Source: Akkermansia muciniphila (GTDB lineage Bacteria; Verrucomicrobiota; Verrucomicrobiia; Verrucomicrobiales; V1-33). Taken from it: a DNA stretch of 64,000 nt. The translations under genes and the position numbers were made by a program. Shown here piece after piece: positions 9,117-17,734 of the stretch. Numbering within the stretch: position 1 is the first letter of the stretch; every line of letters begins with the position of its first letter. The stretch covers positions 15,512 through 79,511 of the forward strand of contig CAMDJM010000004.1 of assembly GCA_945900785.1 (NCBI GenBank). The letters are read 5' to 3'. The notes beneath the pieces are model-generated. The model worked only from the letters and a program-made list of their open reading frames with translations, was not told where the DNA came from and searched no databases.

Positions 9117-9944
9117 TCAGCCAGCTGGAGGCGCAGGCAGCAGCACGGCGGTGTTATCGAATTCGACATTGGTCCCACCGTTGACGGCGAGAGTGGCGGG
9201 CTCGCGGAAAGCCCCGGTGAAGGAGGCCAGGGTGTTGTCGTTGAACATATTGCTCACCGAGGCGCTGCTGATGGCGATGGCGAAACCGTAGCGGGCGATG
9301 TGGTTGTTATAAATACTGTCGCCGCTGGGACCAGCAGGGGTGCCGAGGCCATCCGGATTGTAGCAAATCCCGAGCAGATTGTTCCCGGCGATGGTGCCGC
9401 CGGTGACGATGTTTTGGCTAAGGCGGTTTCCGCTGCTGCCGCCGCCCCGGATGAAGAGGCCGAGATTTACGGCGGAGATCTGGTTATTCTTGATATCGCA
9501 GGCGCTGCTGTTGATGAGGGTGATGCCCACCTCGGTGGGGCCGCCGGCGGGGGCGAGGTTGCCCCCGGCGATCTGCAGGCCGTCAACCCTGACATTTTGA
9601 CTGTCCACGATGGTGACGCCGTTATTGAAACCGGCAATGTGGCCGTTTTTGATTTCCACATTCCGCGCCCCCTGCACGCTGATGCCGCGGGTGCCATTGG
9701 GTCCGGGAGCCGGAGCCGTCGTCGTGGCACTGGCCGTGGTGGTGGCGCTGAATCCATTCAGATCCAGGGTGACATTGGAGGCGGTGATGATGATGGCATG
9801 GCCGGCGGCCACCCGGTAGTTGCTGAACAATTTGTAGCTGCCGGGGCGGTTGATGGTCCACTGGGCGCAGGCGGAGCCGGCACAAAGCAGGGAGGCGGTG
9901 ACGGCGGCAAAGACCGTGGCGGTGGATCGGAGTTGAAGAGACAT
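9117..9944 (-). CDS. secreted right-handed parallel beta-helix repeat protein
   Basis: The tracked ORF is 9117..10187. The ATG at 9944 gives MSLQLRSTATVFAAVTASLLCAGSACAQ (signal peptide). Periodic N/G-rich coils (NVEIKNGHIAGFNNGVTIVDSQNVRVDGLQIAG, SACDIKNNQISAVNLGLFIRGG) are typical of pectate-lyase/NosD-like beta-helices. Confidence 0.8.
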   Translation of the reverse strand: MSLQLRSTATVFAAVTASLLCAGSACAQWTINRPGSYKLFSNYRVAAGHAIIITASNVTLDLNGFSATTTASATTTAPAPGPNGTRGISVQGARNVEIKNGHIAGFNNGVTIVDSQNVRVDGLQIAGGNLAPAGGPTEVGITLINSSACDIKNNQISAVNLGLFIRGGGSSGNRLSQNIVTGGTIAGNNLLGICYNPDGLGTPAGPSGDSIYNNHIARYGFAIAISSASVSNMFNDNTLASFTGAFREPATLAVNGGTNVEFDNTAVLLPAPPAG

Positions 9945-9950
9945 GAGGAG

Positions 9951-9970
9951 TTGGTTGGTTGGTTGGTTGG
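9951..9970. repeat. (TTGG)5 tetranucleotide repeat, read (CCAA)5 on the coding strand
   Basis: The sequence is ttggttggttggttggttgg, 7-26 nt upstream of the beta-helix gene start codon. A shorter copy, ggagttggttggttgg, sits upstream of the rhodanese gene at 32158-32173. Confidence 0.9.
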
Positions 9971-10259
9971 TGTTATAACGCTCCCTGGAACCCTGGCAGG
10001 AGATCTGTCGTTTTTTAAATTCCAGGGAACACCGCTGGGAGCACCGCCGCGCCGGGTCTATTCCATGGCCCGTAAAAAAAATTCCGGACGTGACCGCCGG
10101 GCTCTTTTTCGCCGCAGGAGAGGAATGAATTTCACCGGACAGGGAATTTTTCCTGCACCGCATGGAATAAATGTCCCGCATTGCCACTCCCTGAAGAGTG
10201 CGGTGCGTCAGATGAACCGAAAAACCGCAGCAAATTTAGCAACAAGACTCCAAACCATT

Positions 10260-11456
10260 ATGAAAATGCCTCATTCTCCGTCCCGCCATTGGGTTGTCTC
10301 CGTCTGCTGGCTGGCGATTTGGTTCGCCGCCGGTTGGCCTGCCGCCGCTCAATCGACCTATGCCAGAGCCGGTTGGCAGGCCACCTTATCCACCGTGTCG
10401 CACGGCGTGCGGGGCACGGCTACCATTCTGGATGAAAACACCTACCGGGTGGACAATTTTCATTATGACGGGTTTGGAATAACGGTTTATTTCTATCTGG
10501 GAGCCACGGATACGAGGGCGGATTTTCTCCAGGGATTGAGCACGGGTCCCGACCTCATTGGCACTCCCTACAATGGCGGCTCTATCACGATTGATCTGCC
10601 GCCGGGAAAAACGTTCGATGACTACCGGGCTGTTTCCGTTTGGTGCACGGCGGCCGGGGTGAGCTTCGGGTCCGGCACCTTCATGCCGTATGTCCGGGCT
10701 GGCTGGCAGGCCCCGCTTTCCACGGTTTCCCATGGTGTGCGCGGGACGGTGACGCTGGTCGATGCCGATACCTTCCGGGTGGATAACTTCTATTACGATG
10801 GTCTCGGCATCTCGGTCTTTTTCTACCTCGGAGCCACGGATCTCAGAGCATCATTCAGCGCGGGGCTGGCGGTCGGGCCTCAGTTACTGCGTTCCAACCC
10901 TTATGTGAATGAATCGCTGACGGTCCATCTCCCGGCAGGCCGGACTTTCACCGGCTATCAAGCCATCTCAGTGTGGTGCGTGGGCATCGGTTCCAGCTTC
11001 GGCTCCGGCACTTTTGTCAGTCCCCGGGAGAACTGGAGGAAGTCCCACTTCACCTCTTCCGCCAACTCCGGGAACGGCGCGGATCCCTTGGATTTCGATA
11101 AAGACGGGCAGGCCAACCTGCTGGAATACGCCACGCGCACGGATCCGCGCGCCCCCGGAGCCAGCCCGTGGAATCCCCCCGTTTCCATGATGCTGCCCGG
11201 ATCCGTTCCCGCCCTCCAATTCACCTTCAATTACCGGCCGGAATCACGGGACATCCGCTATCTTGTCCTGGCCAGTCCCGATCTGGCGACATGGACGGAA
11301 ATCTATCGCAATGACCCGAGGTCGGGTGTCGTCACCCGCGCGGGCAGTTTAGCCAGTCAGGAAAACCCGGCCACCCAGTCGGTCACCCTTACTGAACCCG
11401 CGCCTTCTGCTGGATTGCCGTTGTTCTGGCGGCTCGCGGTAGAACCCGTGCCGTAG
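10260..11456 (+). CDS. secreted protein with two tandem DM13 domains and the shared C-terminal module
   Basis: The long tracked ORF 9051..11456 is antisense to the beta-helix gene over its 5' part. A start at ATG 10260 (MKMPHSPSRHWVVSVCWLAIWFAAGWPAAAQ) or 10212 is plausible. There are two repeats of HGVRGT..L.D...FRVDNF.YDG.GI.V.FYLG...VSVWC...FGSGTF. The tail reads DPLDFDKDGQANLLEYATRTDP ... LQFTFNYR...SPDLATWTE...LFWRLAV. Confidence 0.8.
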   Translation: MKMPHSPSRHWVVSVCWLAIWFAAGWPAAAQSTYARAGWQATLSTVSHGVRGTATILDENTYRVDNFHYDGFGITVYFYLGATDTRADFLQGLSTGPDLIGTPYNGGSITIDLPPGKTFDDYRAVSVWCTAAGVSFGSGTFMPYVRAGWQAPLSTVSHGVRGTVTLVDADTFRVDNFYYDGLGISVFFYLGATDLRASFSAGLAVGPQLLRSNPYVNESLTVHLPAGRTFTGYQAISVWCVGIGSSFGSGTFVSPRENWRKSHFTSSANSGNGADPLDFDKDGQANLLEYATRTDPRAPGASPWNPPVSMMLPGSVPALQFTFNYRPESRDIRYLVLASPDLATWTEIYRNDPRSGVVTRAGSLASQENPATQSVTLTEPAPSAGLPLFWRLAVEPVP

Positions 11457-11596
11457 CAGCCTGTTGAAAAATCAGGAGCACGGCCATCCTGGCTGTGTGT
11501 TTCAGATCGCGATCAGGATTTTTCTCCGTTATCGGGCACGCAACAATCACGAAACACACAGGCGGGACGCCTGTGCTCCTGTTTTTCAATTCCGGG

Positions 11597-12157
11597 GTGG
11601 TCAAGTCAGCCCGGCAGGTGGGGGAGCAGGCACCGAAGTTTTCCCTGAGCAATGCCACGGGCAAGGCGGTCAGCCTGGATAGCCTGCTGGACCAAGGACC
11701 GGTGGTGGTGACGTGGTATCGCGGCGGGTGGTGCCCGTATTGCAGTATCACCCTGCGGGCGCTCCAGAAAGCCCTGCCTGACATCCATGCCGCCGGAGCC
11801 CAACTGGTGGCCCTGACTCCGGAACTGCCCGACAAGTCGGCCGCGACGGCGGGGAAGAACGAGGTGAAATTCGAAATCCTGACCGACCTTGACCACGCGG
11901 TGGCGAAGCAATATGGCGTCGTTTTTAAACTCACCCCGGAAGTCCACGACCTCTACCGGACGAAGTTCAATCTGACCGATTTCAACGGGGCCGGGGCCGG
12001 CAATGATGAACTGCCGCTGGCCGCCACCTACATCATCGGGCAGGACGGTGTGATCCGTTACGCCTTCCTGCATGCGGACTACCGGGAGCGGGCGGAACCC
12101 GCCGCGCTGATCACCTTTCTGAAGGAAAACAAAGCCATCCTGACGGTCAGACCCTGA
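11597..12157 (+). CDS. peroxiredoxin-like (AhpC/TSA, PRX-like2-type) thioredoxin-fold protein
   Basis: The motif VVVTWYRGGWCPYCSITLRAL and the overall AhpC/TSA layout support the call. The start is uncertain: GTG at 11597 (chosen) or GTG at 11495 (tracked ORF). There is no in-frame ATG. Confidence 0.8.
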   Translation: MVKSARQVGEQAPKFSLSNATGKAVSLDSLLDQGPVVVTWYRGGWCPYCSITLRALQKALPDIHAAGAQLVALTPELPDKSAATAGKNEVKFEILTDLDHAVAKQYGVVFKLTPEVHDLYRTKFNLTDFNGAGAGNDELPLAATYIIGQDGVIRYAFLHADYRERAEPAALITFLKENKAILTVRP

Positions 12158-12535
12158 TACTTCAAGACGCCCTGATCCCATCCGTCCTGGCCGACTCACC
12201 CATCGCTGCCGGAAGCATGGAGGTCACCGGATAAATTGCTATGCCGGTTCGCGCGGCCCGTCCCGGCTTCATTCGGTCTGGCCCGCTCCGCAAGGCAAGA
12301 GCAGCAAGGATACCATCATGCCGTCCAGGATTTTCATGACGGCGCAGCATTCGGGCCGGGCGGTGGGCAATGAGGAGCCCATGCTCTGCACACGGGTGGT
12401 CCGCGACACACCCATGCCATGATGTTTTATTTTTTATTTGTGCCGTCCATCTGGAGAAGTGCAAATTCCAAGGCGATTCGTTTTAACGGTGTCTTCGCAA
12501 GTTGAATTTAATGCCAGGTGCGATGCCGCAGGCAT

Positions 12536-12682
12536 TTTGGAGCGCGTGCGGCTTGCTACCGCTTTCCGCAGCGGGCTTGCCCGCGTCGATTTTAATTTAA
12601 GCTCCACCTGCCGTCCGAGCCCGCCGGATAACGGCCGCAAGCCGCCTTCGGAAAAGCGGCGGCAAACAACACGCGCTCCAAA
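12536..12682. repeat. composite GC-rich palindromic intergenic element
   Basis: A perfect 13-bp inverted repeat, tttggagcgcgtg (12536-12548) and cacgcgctccaaa (12670-12682), encloses smaller hairpins (gcgggcttgcccgc; gccgcc-ttcggaaaagc-ggcggc). It lies between two convergent genes. Confidence 0.7.
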
Positions 12683-12718
12683 TCACTTAGTTAGGATCAG
12701 GATTTGCGAAGACATCGC

Positions 12719-13597
12719 TTACTGGAATAGGCGGGGCTGTGCTGCTGCAGGGGCTTGAACTGCATCGGGTATTTCCTTGGGTTGGGGACCTTGGGCAGCG
12801 ATGATCAGTTCCGGGAAATCGGCCAGCAGGGCAGGGGGTGCTTCGCCGATCAGGGCATCGATCACGGTGGGTTTTCCCTGCCAGGTGAAGACATTGCCGG
12901 GATGGAGATCCGTCAGGAACCAGTGACGCCCGTCCCAGGCGACGAGGCGGAGATCGCCCAGACCGGTTTTGGCGGGAACGGGGTAGGCCCTCATGGCGGC
13001 GGCGGCGCGGTCGGCGTAGGCGGCGGGGCGGTAGTCGGTGGCGAGGGGTTGTTTGACGATGAGGTGGTCGCCGGTGTCCAACATGCCGATGATTTCGGTA
13101 GGCAAGGCCCCCGCGCCGTCCAGCGCCATGACTTTGTCGATCATGTCGAAGAGATTGCCGCTGCGGGTATCGACTTCCCATTTTCCGTGATGCCGCGTGG
13201 CAGCCAGCTTCAGTCCCATGCGGTAGCCGGAGGCGGCGGCGGGGGAAAGCCTTGGGCTTCCTGCGGGTTGGGCTGTCGCGGTGGCGGCGGCATCCGCGCC
13301 CCAATCGAACAGATTGCCGGAGGCTTCGCCGCCCCACCCCATGCCGCCCATGGTGCTGCTGCGGACGTTGTAGATTTTGTAAACCTGGCGGGTCGTCCCG
13401 TCCAGAAATGCCACCGCTTCCTGCCCGGCGGCGATGCGTTTTAACAAATCGCTGGAGACCGTGCCGTTGTCGGAAAAATGGAAACCAAACGCGGCAGGAG
13501 GGAGCAGGTCGAGACCTACTTCGCGGGCCACTTCACTAAATCGGCCCGCCCAGCCGCCAGCAGAAAGCGGTCGGTGGGGGTCAATTGTGCCCTCCAT
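12719..13597 (-). CDS. protein-kinase-like-fold protein (APH/Kdo-kinase-type catalytic loop), otherwise uncharacterised
   Basis: 292 aa. The catalytic-loop-like FLTDLHPGNVF is followed by a metal-binding-like VIDALIG. A candidate beta3 lysine sits in RQVYKIY. There is an unusual Gly/Ala-rich insert (MGGMGWGGEASGNLFDWGADAAATATAQPAG). Confidence 0.6.
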   Translation of the reverse strand: MEGTIDPHRPLSAGGWAGRFSEVAREVGLDLLPPAAFGFHFSDNGTVSSDLLKRIAAGQEAVAFLDGTTRQVYKIYNVRSSTMGGMGWGGEASGNLFDWGADAAATATAQPAGSPRLSPAAASGYRMGLKLAATRHHGKWEVDTRSGNLFDMIDKVMALDGAGALPTEIIGMLDTGDHLIVKQPLATDYRPAAYADRAAAAMRAYPVPAKTGLGDLRLVAWDGRHWFLTDLHPGNVFTWQGKPTVIDALIGEAPPALLADFPELIIAAQGPQPKEIPDAVQAPAAAQPRLFQ

Positions 13598-13826
13598 GGC
13601 CTAGATGATTTTTCGCTGTCGCTCACGGTTGAGAGCGGAACGGCGCGCGCTTCGTCCGGGGTCGTGTTCCCATCCGTCGCCGAAGAGGGTGGTGGGGATA
13701 CCTGAGCGGTGGTCGAGGGTTTCATAGGCGGGCGAGGGCGAGGATTGCAAGAGTTGGACCTGTTTCGCTATTCATAGCTTGGTTTTGCGTGGGGCGCGAT
13801 GGGATTTTTTGAAGGATCGGTTTTAT

Positions 13827-13891
13827 GTAGCTCGACATTCCAATGTCGAGTTGGCGGGGCGCTGGGACTCGACATTGGAATGTCGAGCTAC
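13827..13891. repeat. nested palindromic intergenic element
   Basis: gtagctcgacattccaatgtcgag (13827-13850) is the exact reverse complement of ctcgacattggaatgtcgagctac (13868-13891). Each arm is itself a hairpin (ctcgacat/atgtcgag). It is followed by gtggtagcgtcccgcgac. Confidence 0.85.
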
Positions 13892-14254
13892 GTGGTAGCG
13901 TCCCGCGACTGCGACTCGGCAACCTGTGCTCAAACGCGCGGTCTCAGCGCGTAAATTTCCGGGTAATTCGCTTTTCAATGGTATCACCACCAAGGATACG
14001 ACGGCCTCCTTTTCAAACTTATGTAGAACTCCGAGAAGCCCGATGAATTGATTAGTTTTTAATGAGTCGAAAAAACAACGGTGTCCGGGCAGAGGTCACA
14101 GGGAGGGGACAATCACAAATTTCCAGGTGAATTTCTTTGACCGGCGGAGTGAAGCATAGGGCCAAAAAGCAGCCAATGCTCCGCCAACGAGTGCTCTGCG
14201 GCACACCCCCACGCTGCGACGTCTGGCCCGTGGCTTGGCTGGGGGTCATTCCTC

Positions 14255-15982
14255 CTATCCGCGCCGGCCTTTGAAGGTGAGTTCCGCGATGCCGGATTTG
14301 TCGAGTTCGCCGAGGTTGAGTTCGATCATGCGGTCGTATTGGGCGGCGGTGGCGGCGGCGAGGGGGAGGTTGAGGCCGGCGTCCTTGGCGAGGGAGAGGG
14401 CGATGTGGCTGTCCTTGGCGGCGTGGTCGGCGCGGAAGAAACAGGAGTGCTCGCGCTGGATCATGTCGTCGCCATCGGTCTGGAGGACGCGGCTGTTGGC
14501 TCCGGTGACGCTGAATACTTTGGCGAGCATTTCGAGGTCGAGGCCGAGGGCGGCTCCGAGGCCGAGGCCTTCGGCGAGGCCGGCAGTGTTGATGTTCATG
14601 ACCATGTTGACGAGGGCTTTGACCTTGGCGGCCTGACCGGCGGAGCCGACGTAGGTGAGGACGGCGCTCATGGTTTTGAGGAGGGGTTCGACTTTATGGA
14701 AGACTGCTTCCTGACCGCCGATCATGAGCTGGAGGGTGCCTTCGCGGGCCTGGGGGATGCTGGAGGCCATGCAGCCTTCGATGGTGCTGGCCCCGATGGC
14801 GGCGGCGGCCGTTTCGAGGTCGATGTGGACCTGCGGGGTGAGGGTGGCGCAGTTGAGGAAGGTCTTGCCAGCGGCTCCCATGAAGAGGTTGTCTTCCTGG
14901 TTATAAAAGATGGCCTTCATGGCTTCGTCGTTGGTGACGACGGTGAAGATGATGTCGGCCGCAGCGGTGACATCGGCGAGTTTAGTGCAGACGGTGGCTC
15001 CGATTTCGGCGGCGACTTCGGCGGCAGCTTCCGGGCTGACATCATAGACGGCGGTGACCTGATAACCGACTTCCCGGACGCGGCGGGCCATGTTGCCGCC
15101 CATGCGGCCGACTCCAACGAAGGCAATTTTTTCTTTCATGGCAGGATTGGTGGAGGGTTTGAATTCTGGATAGAAGGGGTTGTGGGCTTTTTCTTCGGCG
15201 ATGGTGGTGAGGGGGCCGTGGCCGGGGGCGACGATGGTTTCGCCGGGCAGGGAGAAGAGGCGGTGGCGGTTGTGGTCGAGGGCTTGAGCCCATGAGGTGC
15301 GGGGGCCGCCCATGGAGCCGGCGAAGAGGGCATCGCCCACGATGACGAGGGGGGCGGTGAGGCCGCCAATCACATAACTCATGCCGCAGGTGGCGTGGCC
15401 GGAGGTTTCGCGGGCTTCGAGGGTGAGGGCACCGATGGTGGCTTTAAAGCCGAGGTCGATGGGCTGGGAATCCGGGAGGTTTTCCCTACGGCCGCAGAGG
15501 ACGGTAGCATTTGGCCACGCGGCACGCAGGGCGGGCAGGGCGACAATGTGGTCGATGTGGGTGTGGGTGATGTAGATGTGTTCGATCTTCAGCCCGTGTT
15601 CAGCGACGGCAGCCAGGGTGGGGGCGGGATCGGTGCCGGTGTCGAAGAGGGCAGCGGCTTTGCTGACCGGATCGAAGACGATGTAGTGATTCACCGTCAT
15701 GTCATGTTCCGCGAAATAGGTGTTGAAGTGCAGCAGGCCTGCCAATTCCACTTCTGCAGGTTGCCAAGCCTTCCGGGCAAGGGCGAGCATGGAGGTGGGA
15801 TCGATCTGGAGGAGGGGGGCGACCTGGCGGAGCGGGCCTTCGAGGAGGGTTCCGGAAAGGAGTGAGGTCAGGGAGGCGACGGGGATGCCGGCACGGAAGG
15901 CGAGGTCTTCGCTGGTGAGGCCATGGCCTTTTTGGGCTTTGCCAAGGAGGTCTTCAAAATTGTCTTCGAGGGGCAGTTTCAT
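14255..15982 (-). CDS. three-module fusion: XRE-like HTH, MBL-fold metallo-hydrolase and NAD(P)-dependent beta-hydroxyacid dehydrogenase (HIBADH/6PGDH-type)
   Basis: 575-aa uninterrupted ORF. The N-terminal LTSEDLAFRAGIPVASLTSLLSG looks like an HTH. THTHIDH is the HxHxDH motif of the MBL fold. After an internal Met (complement ATG at 15139) comes MKEKIAFVGVGRMGGNMA, a Rossmann GxGxxG, followed by a HIBADH-like C-terminal half. Confidence 0.8.
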   Translation of the reverse strand: MKLPLEDNFEDLLGKAQKGHGLTSEDLAFRAGIPVASLTSLLSGTLLEGPLRQVAPLLQIDPTSMLALARKAWQPAEVELAGLLHFNTYFAEHDMTVNHYIVFDPVSKAAALFDTGTDPAPTLAAVAEHGLKIEHIYITHTHIDHIVALPALRAAWPNATVLCGRRENLPDSQPIDLGFKATIGALTLEARETSGHATCGMSYVIGGLTAPLVIVGDALFAGSMGGPRTSWAQALDHNRHRLFSLPGETIVAPGHGPLTTIAEEKAHNPFYPEFKPSTNPAMKEKIAFVGVGRMGGNMARRVREVGYQVTAVYDVSPEAAAEVAAEIGATVCTKLADVTAAADIIFTVVTNDEAMKAIFYNQEDNLFMGAAGKTFLNCATLTPQVHIDLETAAAAIGASTIEGCMASSIPQAREGTLQLMIGGQEAVFHKVEPLLKTMSAVLTYVGSAGQAAKVKALVNMVMNINTAGLAEGLGLGAALGLDLEMLAKVFSVTGANSRVLQTDGDDMIQREHSCFFRADHAAKDSHIALSLAKDAGLNLPLAAATAAQYDRMIELNLGELDKSGIAELTFKGRRG

Positions 15983-16021
15983 GATAGCGATGAAGTTGGG
16001 CTGATGGGGAATAGTCAGGTC

Positions 16022-17404
<1,383 letters not shown>

Positions 17405-17663
17405 GCTGGGATTGGTGGATTTAAAGATCTAGGGAGGGGGAAAGCGTTCTGGGTGCTGCGTTTTACGGGCGGCCCATCGAGGCCTAAGGGGGCGGGAAGC
17501 AGTGGGGGGCGCAATCGGAAAATGCCGGGAGACGAAGCTCTGAGCGGGCTGGAGGAGGCGGATCGAAGCTTGGTTTTGGGATTCAATCCTTAAGTCGGAT
17601 AAACCTTCAGCTTTCACTTAGCAGTATCAAATTTGCAAAAACGATCACTTTCGCAAAAAATAT

Positions 17664-17692
17664 TTGCATGACAGGGGTAGATACCTTATAAT
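17664..17692 (+). promoter_or_regulatory. near-consensus sigma70-type promoter for the 17735.. operon
   Basis: TTGCAT (17664-17669), an exact 17-nt spacer, then TATAAT (17687-17692). It lies in a conspicuous AT-rich island. Upstream A-tracts (tttgcaaaaa, tttcgcaaaaaa) look UP-element-like. Two ATCGAT palindromes at 17699-17704 and 17710-17715 sit just downstream. Confidence 0.55.
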
Positions 17693-17734
17693 TTCCAGAT
17701 CGATTAACTATCGATGTTCTGAAAGCACGAGGAA

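Noticed and set aside
9051-10259. The N-terminal 400 aa of the tracked 801-aa ORF 9051..11456.
   Set aside because: This part is antisense to the well-supported beta-helix gene. It is Gly/Ala/Asp-rich junk with no signal peptide. A proper signal peptide and the DM13 repeats begin only at about 10260.
12162-12464. A 100-aa minus-strand ORF and several tiny ORFs in the 560-bp spacer after the peroxiredoxin-like gene, for example MKILDGMMVSLLLLPCGAGQTE.
   Set aside because: There are no motifs and the composition is odd. The ORFs overlap structured repeat sequence. At most they are a remnant of a lipoprotein signal peptide, so support for a gene call is insufficient.
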